Below are positions 1-8,995 of a stretch of 47,450 bases of DNA, piece after piece (the first letter of the stretch is position 1; each line of letters starts with the position of its first letter). A program made the position numbers and the translations under genes. The notes beneath the pieces are model-generated. The model saw only the letters and a list, made by a program, of their open reading frames with translations. It had not been told where the DNA came from and searched no databases. Source of the DNA: Candidatus Limnocylindrales bacterium (lineage in GTDB: Bacteria; Chloroflexota; Limnocylindria; Limnocylindrales; CSP1-4); assembly GCA_052038965.1 (NCBI GenBank), contig JBQGDI010000009.1, positions 1-47,450 on the forward strand, given 5' to 3'.

Positions 1-227
1 GCGGATCGCCCCCGTCCGGTGGTCCCTCATACGCCCCACGGAACGATTCGAACCGGACGCCCCTCCGAGGTGCTCGCGTGTTGCTTCATACGCCGGGCGT
101 ATGGCGGGCGCGAACGAAGGGGCCGGCGCGACCCCGCGACCTGCGCAACACGCGCCCGCCGCGCCCGGTGCGCGAGCGGCGCACGGCTCGAAGGCCGCCT
201 CGGCGGGCGGCGGCTAGCATTCGCTCG

Positions 228-1310
228 ATGTACGCCGTGATCCTGGCCGGCGGTGGCGGGACTCGCCTGTGGCCGATGAGCCGGCCGGAGACGCCAAAGC
301 CGTTCCTGCCGCTCCTCGGCGAGCGCTCGCTGCTCCAGCTGACGGTCGACCGTCTCGTCGGGCACGCCGAGCTGCAGCTGGAGTTCGATGACGTCTGGGT
401 GGTCACCGATCGGCGCTATGCCGAGCTCGTTCGGGAGCAGCTGCCGGACACGCCGATCCTGATCGAGCCGGCCGGTCGCAATACCGCCGCGGCCGTGGCC
501 CTGGCCACGCTGCACATCGAGCGCGACCCGGACGAGGTCATGCTCGTCCTTGCCGCGGATCACCATATCGCGGACGACGCCGCCTTCCGGAAGACGCTCG
601 GAGCGGCGGCGCGCGTCGCGCTCGGCGAGGCCGCCGAGGCGCTCGGCGTCGAGTCGCCCCTCGTGACGCTCGGCGTCCGCCCCGACCATCCCGCAACGGA
701 CTACGGCTACCTTGTTCCCGACCCGCTCCAGCGTGCCCGCGTCGACGGCGTCCGCGCGGCATTGCTTCGCAGCTTCGAGGAGAAGCCGACGCGGGAGCGT
801 GCGGTCGAGCTGCTTGGCGACCCCGCCACGTCGTGGAACGCCGGGGACTTCGCGTGGCGCCGATCCGCGATCCGCGACGCGCTCCACCGCTACACGGGCC
901 TCGTCACCCTGCTCGACCCGGTTCGCGCGAGCGACAGCGGGCTGGCCACCGCGTACGACGTCCTGAAGCCGCTGTCCGTCGATCGCGCGGTCATGGAGGG
1001 CGCAGCCGGCGATCGGCGCGTCGCGATGGTCGTGCTCGGCGGCGGCTGGAGCGATCTCGGCGGCTGGAGCGCGATCCTCGCGGCGATCGGGGCAACAGGC
1101 GCTGGCCGGGTGGTCTCGCCAGGGGAGATCGCCGAGGCCTCCGCCGACGACCTCGTCGTCGAGCGCGTCGACGGCCGGCTCCAGGCGAGTACCGGGCCTC
1201 GGTCGATCCAGTCGAACTCGCCGGTCGCGCTGCTGCTCGGGGCGGCGGTCTCCCGCCTCGAGGTCGATACCCTGTTGGCGCGCGTGACCGAGTGGGAGGT
1301 GCGACGGTGA
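228..1310 (+). CDS. manC: Mannose-1-phosphate guanylyltransferase (nucleotidyltransferase domain)
   Basis: MYAVILAGGGGTRLWPMSR..PKPF, EPAGRNTAAA, ADHHI, FEEKP, WSDLG motifs. ATG228 is preceded by TAGCAT at 215-220. Confidence 0.9.
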   Translation: MYAVILAGGGGTRLWPMSRPETPKPFLPLLGERSLLQLTVDRLVGHAELQLEFDDVWVVTDRRYAELVREQLPDTPILIEPAGRNTAAAVALATLHIERDPDEVMLVLAADHHIADDAAFRKTLGAAARVALGEAAEALGVESPLVTLGVRPDHPATDYGYLVPDPLQRARVDGVRAALLRSFEEKPTRERAVELLGDPATSWNAGDFAWRRSAIRDALHRYTGLVTLLDPVRASDSGLATAYDVLKPLSVDRAVMEGAAGDRRVAMVVLGGGWSDLGGWSAILAAIGATGAGRVVSPGEIAEASADDLVVERVDGRLQASTGPRSIQSNSPVALLLGAAVSRLEVDTLLARVTEWEVRR

Positions 1311-2764
1311 CCCAGGCCCAGACGCCGATCGTCTTCGGCACCGACGGCTGGCGGGCGCGGATCGCCGAGGACTTCACGTTCGAGAACGTCCGGCGCTGCG
1401 CCGACGGCGTCGCTCGCTACGTGCTCGGCAAGGGCGAGCGCGAGCAGGGCGTCGTCGTGGCCTACGACCGGCGGTTCGCGTCGGAGCATTTCGCGATGGC
1501 CGCATCCGAGGTCCTGCTCGCCCACGACATCCCGGTCGCGTTCGGGGCCCATGCCGTCCCGACCCAGATGAGCTCCGACGAGGTCGTCGAGCGCGGCGCC
1601 GCCGCCGGGATCGTCATCACCGCCAGCCACAATCCGTGGACCGACAACGGATTCAAGGTCAAGGCCCCGACCGGCTCGGCGGGCGGGCCCGACATGCTGG
1701 CGGTGATCGAGGAGGCGATCGCGACCGGCGACCCGATCGAGCGCCGTCCGTTCGCGGACGGCGAGGCTGCCGGGCTGGTCGAGCGCTTCGACCCGTTCCC
1801 GGGCTACGAGCGATACGTCCGCCGAACGCTCGACCTCGACGCCCTGCGGGCCGCCGACGTCCGGCTCCTCGTCGAGCCGCTGTGGGGCTCGGGCGCCGGA
1901 TGGATGTCGCGCCTCTTGCGTGGTGGCGCGATTCACGTCACGGAGCTCCACCAGGAGCGGAACCCGTACTTCGGCGGCGTGAACCCCGAGCCGATCCGGC
2001 CCAACATCGACGAGGCACTCGGCATCATCGCGCGCGACGGCCACGACGTCGGCCTGCTGCTCGATGGCGACGCGGATCGCGCGGGAGCGGCGGACGAGCG
2101 CGGGACCTTCATCCACCAGCTCGAGGTGACCGGCCTGCTGATGTACTACCTGGCGGAGCACCGCGGGCTGCGGCAGCCGGTCGTCGTCTCGGTCAACAAC
2201 ACCTCGACCGCCGGGCACCTCGGCGAGAAGTACGGCATCGAGGTCCACGAGACGTCGGTCGGCTTCAAGTACATCGGCCCGAAGATGATCGAGACGGGCG
2301 CGATGATGGGCGCGGAGGAGAGCGGCGGCTACGGCTTCGGGATGCACCTCCCGGAGCGCGACGGGATCTACGCCGACCTGCTGCTGCTCGACCTGTTCCT
2401 GCGCGAGAAGGCCCGCGGCGTGTGGCCGGTCTCGAAGGTCCTCGGGCAGTTCCACGAGCTCGCCGGCCCGTCCTACTACCGGCGCGTGGACGTCCACGTC
2501 GATCGCGCCGTGTACGCCGACACGAAGCGCCGGCTCCTCGAAGGCCTGGCCACGACGCCGCCGTCCTCGCTGGACGGCCAGCCGGTGGCCCGCACGCAGG
2601 CCCTCACGACCCAGGACGGCTTCAAGTTCTTCGTCGCCGACGGGTCCTGGCTGCTGATCCGGACCTCGGGCACCGAGCCGCTCGTCCGCGTGTACACGGA
2701 GGCGTCCTCGCCGCAGGCCCGGGACGCCCTCGTCGCCGCCGGGGAGCGGCTGGTTCGCGGGTGA
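1307..2764 (+). CDS. Phosphoglucomutase/phosphomannomutase family protein
   Basis: FGTDGWR, TASHNP (catalytic Ser), DGDADR (metal loop), EESGG and IRTSGTEP motifs. GTG1307 overlaps the manC stop (GTGA), with SD GGAGGT. Confidence 0.92.
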   Translation: MTQAQTPIVFGTDGWRARIAEDFTFENVRRCADGVARYVLGKGEREQGVVVAYDRRFASEHFAMAASEVLLAHDIPVAFGAHAVPTQMSSDEVVERGAAAGIVITASHNPWTDNGFKVKAPTGSAGGPDMLAVIEEAIATGDPIERRPFADGEAAGLVERFDPFPGYERYVRRTLDLDALRAADVRLLVEPLWGSGAGWMSRLLRGGAIHVTELHQERNPYFGGVNPEPIRPNIDEALGIIARDGHDVGLLLDGDADRAGAADERGTFIHQLEVTGLLMYYLAEHRGLRQPVVVSVNNTSTAGHLGEKYGIEVHETSVGFKYIGPKMIETGAMMGAEESGGYGFGMHLPERDGIYADLLLLDLFLREKARGVWPVSKVLGQFHELAGPSYYRRVDVHVDRAVYADTKRRLLEGLATTPPSSLDGQPVARTQALTTQDGFKFFVADGSWLLIRTSGTEPLVRVYTEASSPQARDALVAAGERLVRG

Positions 2765-3162
2765 CGACCCCTCGGCGGCATGGCCCGCCCCCGGAGTCCG
2801 AGCTGCCCCGGCGGGTCGACAAGCCGTGGGGCGACGAGCTGATCTGGGCCTGGACGGACCGCTACGTCGGCAAGATCCTCACGATCCGGGCGGGCAAGCG
2901 GCTGTCGCTCCAGTACCACGAGGCCAAGGACGAGTGGATCCACGTCCTCGACGGCAGGCTTCGCCTGACGCTCGAGAGCGAGGCCGGCGAGATCGAGGTC
3001 CGTGAGCTCGGCCGGGGCGAAGGCTGCCGGGTTGCCGTCGGCCGGCGGCACCGCTACGAGGCGCTCGACGACTGCCGGCTCATCGAGGTCTCGACGCCCG
3101 AGCTCGACGACGTCGTCCGCCTCGAAGACGACTACGGCCGCGAGGGCACGAGCGCCCCATAA
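2761..3162 (+). CDS. Cupin protein, type II mannose-6-phosphate isomerase-like
   Basis: KPWG, LSLQYHEAKDE, RHRY, IEVSTPELDDVVRLEDDYGR. GTGA overlap with the upstream stop. Confidence 0.85.
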   Translation: MTTPRRHGPPPESELPRRVDKPWGDELIWAWTDRYVGKILTIRAGKRLSLQYHEAKDEWIHVLDGRLRLTLESEAGEIEVRELGRGEGCRVAVGRRHRYEALDDCRLIEVSTPELDDVVRLEDDYGREGTSAP

Positions 3163-3194
3163 CCGCCGTCGCCGTGCGGTACGCTGAGCTGCCC

Positions 3195-3275
3195 ATGGTC
3201 CCGGAGATGATGAACGCGACGCCTCGCAGGCCCGCGTCGCTGGTGGTGGCGGCCAGCGACGGGCCGGCTGGTTGA
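3195..3275 (+). CDS. Putative 26-aa leader peptide (uORF) MVPEMMNATPRRPASLVVAASDGPAG
   Basis: ATG3195 lies 9 nt after TACGCT (3180-3185) and TGA is at 3273-3275. It overlaps alternative hairpins upstream of the transporter gene. Confidence 0.4.
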   Translation: MVPEMMNATPRRPASLVVAASDGPAG

Positions 3276-3340
3276 CGCGCGCCACCCGACTCCATCCACG
3301 TTCGCTCGGCAGCCGCCTCGCCTCGGTCGCGAGCTGACCC

Positions 3341-4606
3341 GTGGACACCTGGATCGCGACCGCGATCTTCGTCGCGACCTATGTCCTGATCGCCACCGAC
3401 CGACTCGATCGGACCCTCCTCGCGCTGCTCGGCGGCCTCGCCGTCGTCGCGCTCGGGATCATCGACCAGCACGAGGCGTTCGCGGCGATCGACCTCAACG
3501 TCATCTTCCTGCTCGTCGGGATGATGGTCATCGCCGGGACCCTCGCCCGGACCGGCCTGTTCGAGTGGCTCGCGGTGCGCACGGTCGTGCTGTCCCACGG
3601 CGAGCCGATGCGCCTGCTCCTGCTGCTGGCGCTCGTCACGGCGGTCCTCTCGGCGTTCCTCGACAACGTCACGACCGTCGTCCTGACGACGCCCGTCACG
3701 CTGTCGATCGCCCGCCGGCTGGGCGTGTCGCCGATGCCGTACCTCATCTCCCAGATCCTGGCCTCGAACATCGGCGGCACCGCGACGCTCATCGGCGACC
3801 CGCCCAACATCCTGATCGGCTCGGCCGCCAACCTCGGCTTCGCCGACTTCATCGTCCACCTCGGGCCGGTGACGGCGCTGGTGTTCGTGGCGTTCGCCGT
3901 CGTCATGCGGGTCATGTTCCGCGGTCGGCTCCGCGTCCCGAGCGAGCGCCGCGAGCAGGCCTTGGAAGCGACCGAGGCCGGAACGATCACCGACCGGCCG
4001 TTGCTGGTGCGAGGCCTGGCCGTCGGCGGGCTGACGTTGCTCGGCTTCCTGTTCCATACCGCGCTCGGTTTGGAGGCGGCGACGATCGCGATGCTCGGAG
4101 CGACGGTGCTCCTGCTCATTGCGCGGCTGGATCCGCACGACGCCTTCCGTGACGTCGAGTGGTCGACCCTGCTGTTCTTCGTCGGGCTGTTCGTGCTCGT
4201 CGAGGCGGTCGTGCACGTCGGGATCGTCGGTGGCGTCGCCGACGAGCTCGCCCGCCTGACGGCCGGGAACTCGGCGGTTGCGAGCATCGCGCTGCTGTGG
4301 TTCTCGGCCATCGCCTCGGCCATCGTCGACAACATCCCGTACACCGCGACCGCGATCCCGGTCGTCCAGCGGCTCGTCGAGGACGGCATGCCCGCGATGG
4401 CGCTGTGGTGGTCGCTCGCCCTGGGGGCGTGTCTCGGCGGCAACCTCACGATCGTTGGCGCGTCGGCCAATGTCGTTGTCGCGAACCTCGCCGAGCGGGC
4501 CGGCCACCCGATCCGCTTCGGTGAGTTCTTCCGTTACGGTGCCGTCGTCGTGGCGGTGTCGCTGGCGATCTCGACGGGCTACGTCTGGGTCCGCTACCTC
4601 GCCTGA
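3341..4606 (+). CDS. ArsB/NhaD (SLC13/P-protein-like) ion transporter
   Basis: Highly hydrophobic 421 aa with SAFLDNVTT, ASNIGGTATLIGDPPN, SAIVDNIP and GGNLTIVGASAN motifs. Confidence 0.88.
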   Translation: MDTWIATAIFVATYVLIATDRLDRTLLALLGGLAVVALGIIDQHEAFAAIDLNVIFLLVGMMVIAGTLARTGLFEWLAVRTVVLSHGEPMRLLLLLALVTAVLSAFLDNVTTVVLTTPVTLSIARRLGVSPMPYLISQILASNIGGTATLIGDPPNILIGSAANLGFADFIVHLGPVTALVFVAFAVVMRVMFRGRLRVPSERREQALEATEAGTITDRPLLVRGLAVGGLTLLGFLFHTALGLEAATIAMLGATVLLLIARLDPHDAFRDVEWSTLLFFVGLFVLVEAVVHVGIVGGVADELARLTAGNSAVASIALLWFSAIASAIVDNIPYTATAIPVVQRLVEDGMPAMALWWSLALGACLGGNLTIVGASANVVVANLAERAGHPIRFGEFFRYGAVVVAVSLAISTGYVWVRYLA

Positions 4607-5904
4607 GCCATCGATCCGGCGGCTCGCAGTCCGGACGTCGGGCCGGCCATCGCAACGAGGCGACCGAGGATTGCGGCCGCGAGGTCGTCGACGTCGGCGT
4701 CGGTCGTCGGAGTGGCGATCGCCCCCATGCCACGGGGCGCGATCTGGAAGCCGTCGAGCAGCAGGCCGAGGTAGATCGCCGACCGCGTCGTGAGGCCCTC
4801 GGGGGCGACGAGATTCGGCCCCGGCAGGACCTGGAAGATCGAGGCGATGCCGGTGACGGCGGCATCGATCCCTCGCTCTGCGAAGGCCTCGGCCAGCCGG
4901 GAACGCAGGCGGTCGCCAAGCCGGTCGAGCTCGGCGTACGCCTCGTCGGTCAGGCGCCGCAGCGTCGCGAGGCCGGCCGCCGCGGCGACGGGGTTGCCGT
5001 TGAACGTCCCGCCGTGCGACAGGGCGTCAGCCCGCCGGGCATCGAACTGGCCCATGACGTCGGCCCGCCCACCGAACGCGCCCGACGGGTAGCCGCCGCC
5101 GATGATCTTGCCCAGAGTCGTGAGGTCGGGCCGGATGCCGCGCCGGCCCTGCGCGCCGCTCGGACCAACCCGGAAGGCGATGACCTCGTCGAAGATGAGG
5201 ATCGCCCCGAGGCGCTCGGTGAGGTCGCGCAGGAAGCCCAGGAACGCCGGTCCCGCGACGCGCACGCCGCCGGCCCCCTGGATGGGCTCGATGATGATCG
5301 CGGCAAGGTCCCGCTCGCGACCGGCCAGGGCGCGCTCGATACCGTCGGCGTCGTCCCACGGCAGCTCGACGACCGCGTCGGACGTGCCACGTGGAACGCC
5401 CCGGCTCCAGGCGAGGGCCGTGTCGTGCGTGCCGTGATAGGCCGACTCGAACTTCGCGACGAGGGGCCGGCCGGTGAACGCCCGGGCCGCCCGGATGGCG
5501 AACATCGTCGCCTCGGTGCCGGAGTTCGTGAACCGGATCCGCTCGACCGAGGGCAGGCGTCGCCGGATCTCCTCGGCCAGCTCGACCTCCAGCTCGGTCG
5601 GGGCCGCAAAGGCCGATCCGCGCCGAACCTGGGCCTCGACGGCCGCGACGACATCCGGGTGGGCATGGCCGAGGATCAGCGAGGTGTAATTGCCCAGGAA
5701 GTCGCGGTACTCGTTGCCGTCGACGTCCCGGACGCGCAGCCCCGAGCCGCGCTCGACGTAGGGCGGGTACGGCGGGTTGAAGACCGTGGTCCGGGTCGAG
5801 CCGCCGGGCAGCGATGCGATCGCCCGCTCGAACAGCGCCCGGGACCGTGGCGTTCGGGCGAGGTACTCGGCGAGCAGAGACGAGGCCGGGGAGGAGGTCG
5901 TCAC
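4594..5904 (-). CDS. Class III PLP aminotransferase (glutamate-1-semialdehyde aminomutase-like)
   Basis: DVDGNEYRD, LGHAHP, FTNSGTEA, LIFDEV, PDLTTLGKIIGGG (PLP Lys), GTFNGNP. Its 3' end overlaps the convergent transporter by 13 nt. Confidence 0.85.
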   Translation of the reverse strand: MTTSSPASSLLAEYLARTPRSRALFERAIASLPGGSTRTTVFNPPYPPYVERGSGLRVRDVDGNEYRDFLGNYTSLILGHAHPDVVAAVEAQVRRGSAFAAPTELEVELAEEIRRRLPSVERIRFTNSGTEATMFAIRAARAFTGRPLVAKFESAYHGTHDTALAWSRGVPRGTSDAVVELPWDDADGIERALAGRERDLAAIIIEPIQGAGGVRVAGPAFLGFLRDLTERLGAILIFDEVIAFRVGPSGAQGRRGIRPDLTTLGKIIGGGYPSGAFGGRADVMGQFDARRADALSHGGTFNGNPVAAAAGLATLRRLTDEAYAELDRLGDRLRSRLAEAFAERGIDAAVTGIASIFQVLPGPNLVAPEGLTTRSAIYLGLLLDGFQIAPRGMGAIATPTTDADVDDLAAAILGRLVAMAGPTSGLRAAGSMAQAR

Positions 5905-6090
5905 GCGCTGATCATCCTCCGGCCGTGGCCCGGTGTCACGCCCGGCGCGGGGTTTCGGTCACCGCCGGGATGGTCGATGTCGGCCCGGCGTTGTAGGCTG
6001 GGGGCTGCGACCGCCTCGCCCGGTCGGATGGTGCAAGGACCGGACGGCGGCCTGCCACTGCCCCAACCTGGGGCTGGAGGGTCTGGCCAG

Positions 6091-6369
6091 ATGCACAGCT
6101 CCCTGATCGGCAAGGTCGAGAAGGCCAATCGGTATGCCCGCGAGCTCGATCGCATCACGATCGACCGAGTGGCCCTCACGTTCCGCGGTGACAACGACAC
6201 CCACCACGTGAGTCTCGATGCCGGTCAGTGGCACTGCACCTGCCACTACTTCGAGAGTTGGGCCACCTGCGTCCACCTCATGACCCTGCAGAAGGTGTTC
6301 GGGGTCATGCTGCCCGACGAAGCCCAGGTCTCGATCTTCGCCCCGGCCGCGGCGCAGATGCCCGCGTAG
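6091..6369 (+). CDS. Small SWIM-type zinc-finger protein (92 aa)
   Basis: SD GGAGG at 6076-6080. WHCTC..F.....CVH matches the SWIM CxC-x(n)-CxH pattern. Confidence 0.75.
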   Translation: MHSSLIGKVEKANRYARELDRITIDRVALTFRGDNDTHHVSLDAGQWHCTCHYFESWATCVHLMTLQKVFGVMLPDEAQVSIFAPAAAQMPA

Positions 6370-6388
6370 GACCCGCGCCGCGTGCCCG

Positions 6389-6411
6389 GCCGCCGGGTGG
6401 GGCCCGGCGGC
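6389..6411. terminator. GC-rich hairpin between convergent genes
   Basis: gccgccggg-tgggg-cccggcggc forms a 9-bp stem; no U-tract. Confidence 0.4.
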
Positions 6412-6470
6412 GGCCCCCGGGTCGCTCCGAGTCGCTCCGAGTCGTCGCTCCCGGCCGCGCGCCCACGGCC

Positions 6471-7526
6471 TCAGGCGCATGGCGCGCCGGCCAGGCGCGC
6501 GCGCACCGCGGTGTCCCAGCACGCGGCGTACGAGACGCGGATCGCGCTCGACGTCGAGCTGTTGAGGCCCTCCGTCGACGACGCGCTGAAGCTGAGCCGA
6601 TAGTCGTAGGTCGCGCTCGGCGTCACCGAGACGGCGTATGACCCGACACTGGTCGTCGGCGTGAGCGTCGCGATCGTCGACCAGGTCGTGCCGCCGACGG
6701 CCCGTCGCTGGAGGACGATCGCCCGCCCGCTCAACGGGTCGCCCGAGAGGCGGCGGGCCGATGACGCCGCCACGATCCCCAGCTTGCCGGTGAAGCGCAC
6801 GGTTTCGCCGGCGCTGACCATCGTCGCGCTGGCCGCGATCGTCAGCGTCGTGTTGAGGTCGAGGCAGGTAGAGACCAGGTCGAAGGTGGTTCGGAGCTCG
6901 TACTCGAGCTGCAGGCGCGCGACGTCGCAGCGTCCGAACACGTGCTCGTTCCAGCCGGTCCGGGGCTTGGCGCGGGCGTAGGCCTGGACCACCGAATCGA
7001 GGTAGTCGCTGTCGTCGGCGAAGTTCACGTGGTGATCGAGGATCTCCACGTGCCCGAACTCGTCGAGGGCGACATTCTCGGCGTCGTAGCAGCCGTTGGC
7101 CGGGTCGGTGGACTGCTGGCACCAGCGGAGCGTGCCCCAGTCGTAGCGGTAGCCATGCGGCCGGAACCACATCGAGAAGCTGTCCGGGACCCCGCTGCGG
7201 TCCATGCAGGCGATGCCGTAGGCAGGGCAGATGGACGGGTACGAGTACCAGATTCGGCTCGGGGCGCTCGACTGGCGAACGAAGGTCGCGGCCCTGGACT
7301 TGCGGCTCTCGGCGACATCGGCGGCGGCCGCGTCGATGGCGGCCGCCATCCACGATGGCGGGACCGCGCCGGAGGCCCACTGGTAGCCCACGACCTGATC
7401 GCGATCCCAGGTCTTCGTGCCCATGAGCGGGTTCGGCCCGTGGCCGAGGGTGGGGCCCGGGACCGAGGCGACGACGAGGAGCGCGGCGACCGGCGCGAGG
7501 CCGAGGATCGGGCGTCGGTTGGTCAC
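6471..7526 (-). CDS. Secreted matrixin/metzincin-like protein with variant zinc motif and C-terminal beta-sandwich-like domain
   Basis: N-terminal signal peptide; ENVALDEFGHVEILDHH resembles HExxHxxGxxH; Cys-rich; Thr/Ser-rich C-terminal strands. GTGA coupling to the upstream gene. Confidence 0.65.
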   Translation of the reverse strand: MTNRRPILGLAPVAALLVVASVPGPTLGHGPNPLMGTKTWDRDQVVGYQWASGAVPPSWMAAAIDAAAADVAESRKSRAATFVRQSSAPSRIWYSYPSICPAYGIACMDRSGVPDSFSMWFRPHGYRYDWGTLRWCQQSTDPANGCYDAENVALDEFGHVEILDHHVNFADDSDYLDSVVQAYARAKPRTGWNEHVFGRCDVARLQLEYELRTTFDLVSTCLDLNTTLTIAASATMVSAGETVRFTGKLGIVAASSARRLSGDPLSGRAIVLQRRAVGGTTWSTIATLTPTTSVGSYAVSVTPSATYDYRLSFSASSTEGLNSSTSSAIRVSYAACWDTAVRARLAGAPCA

Positions 7527-8623
7527 TTCAGGGCCTCCGCGGCGGCGGGTCGGAAGGGGCGAGGATCACCGTCGAACGCGCCGATCGCAATCTCGTCGGC
7601 CTCGACCTCGAGGCCGACCAGCGCCCCCGGCCCATCGGCGAGCGGCAGCGCGCCGGCCTCGAACGGCTCGATTCGATGCTCGGCCCGCGAGACGAGGTCG
7701 ATCCGGAGCGTCGTGCCGCCGGGCGCGCTCTTGACGAGGACCAGGTGTCGCCCGTCGCCGGTCAGGGCCGCGGCAATGGCCCCCTCGGTCAACAGGCTGG
7801 GATCGCCCGTCGCGAGGTCCCAGGCGAGGATCGGGCAGGGGAGGCCCGGACACCAGTCCCAGGTGACGATCGATCGGGGCGCGAGTCCGATGAGCCCACC
7901 CTGGAGGGCCGGGCGACGGCCAACGATCTGGATTCCACGTCGACCGCGAAGGTCGACGAGGCGCGTCACGCAGCCCGCCTGGGAGCATTGCTGGATGGCC
8001 AGCCGACGAGCGGTCGCGTCGACCCGGAGATCGGTCGTCCAGATCGTGCCGAGCGCGGCCGCGGCAGCGCCGGCCGGCGGTGCGATTTGTGCCGGCACCT
8101 CGTCGTTCGCGGCGAAGGCCGAGACCCGCCAGATGCCCCGATCGGCCCGGGTGACCCGATCGACGAGATGGGCGACGACAACCTTGTTGGCGGCGTCGTA
8201 GACGGCGCTCCGGACGACGTCGTCGAGCGACGCCACGAGCCACGAGCAGGCCTCCGTGGCCGAGACGAGGCGGATCTCGGAGCGCCAGCCATCGTCGGCC
8301 GAGACCACGACGAGGCCGTCGACCGGCCCGCGCGCCGAACCCTCGACCGGAAGGTCGAGCGCCAGCTCGACGGAGCCGCCGTGGCCCACGGCGAGCGTGC
8401 GCCCGACCATCGAGCCGCCGGCGTCGAGCCGGTCGGCCAGGCGCCAGGTGGCGCCGGGATCGGGGTTTGCGGTCCGCGCGGGGGATTGGCGGCATGTGCC
8501 GGGTACGGCCGCAACGGCGCGGCCGCCGGCCCTGGCGGCGGGCTGGAGGTTGGACGCGACCACCACGGCCGCGACGACGATGGCGGCCGATCCGACGAGG
8601 ATCGGCCAGGGACGCTTGGCCAA
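7523..8623 (-). CDS. Secreted or membrane-anchored hypothetical protein, possibly beta-propeller
   Basis: TTG8623 with SD GGAGG, N-terminal hydrophobic segment, repeated short beta-strand patterns (WDLATG, LVDL), paired Cys. Confidence 0.6.
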   Translation of the reverse strand: MAKRPWPILVGSAAIVVAAVVVASNLQPAARAGGRAVAAVPGTCRQSPARTANPDPGATWRLADRLDAGGSMVGRTLAVGHGGSVELALDLPVEGSARGPVDGLVVVSADDGWRSEIRLVSATEACSWLVASLDDVVRSAVYDAANKVVVAHLVDRVTRADRGIWRVSAFAANDEVPAQIAPPAGAAAAALGTIWTTDLRVDATARRLAIQQCSQAGCVTRLVDLRGRRGIQIVGRRPALQGGLIGLAPRSIVTWDWCPGLPCPILAWDLATGDPSLLTEGAIAAALTGDGRHLVLVKSAPGGTTLRIDLVSRAEHRIEPFEAGALPLADGPGALVGLEVEADEIAIGAFDGDPRPFRPAAAEALK

Positions 8624-8790
8624 CTGGACCTCCGCGGCGGGGTGCCGGCGGGAGGTTCGCCGGCGATCTTGCCGGGCCCCACTGCACCTCGGCTGCACGG
8701 CGTATCACCCGCCGCTTACCTGGCACGTATCCGTGGCCGCCGCCGGGCGGACATGGTGGTACGCTCGCCGGGTTCGTCGTTCGACGACAC

Positions 8791-8910
8791 GCTGCGTGGC
8801 CGCGAAGCCGGTGAGAATCCGGCACAGTCCCGCTACGGTGACCATCGATCCGTCGATGGAAGTCCGGTCGCCGACCCGCAGTGGCTGTCCGACCTTCGAG
8901 AGAAAGGGCA
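8791..8910 (+). promoter_or_regulatory. Cobalamin riboswitch (compact architecture)
   Basis: CGCGAA-GCCGGTGAGAATCCGGC (P4 T-loop), CAGTCCCGCTACGGTG, B12-box-like GGAAGTCCGGTCGCC, downstream CCTTCGAGAGAAAGG hairpin. TACGCT -10 at 8760-8765. Lies directly upstream of a BtuFCD-like ABC operon. Confidence 0.85.
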
Positions 8911-8995
8911 GGCACGCGATGCGATCCACCGGCTAGGCAGCCCCGCACCGTCCCGTCGCGCCCGGCGCGACCCCTTCACCCGACGGAGAAGCACC

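Noticed and set aside
1-110. Repeated TCATACGCC (27-35, 86-94), palindrome CATACGCC-G-GGCGTATG, and a possible minus-strand ATG at 30
   Set aside because: Too close to the window edge to assign a gene or operator; only 10 codons are visible.
4594-5904. Calling the class III aminotransferase hemL
   Set aside because: No tetrapyrrole genes are nearby and GSA-like paralogues are common, so orthology cannot be shown by eye.
6421-6450. Tandem GTCGCTCCGA x2 plus a partial copy
   Set aside because: Only two 10-nt units with no spacers; a simple duplication, not a CRISPR or iteron array.
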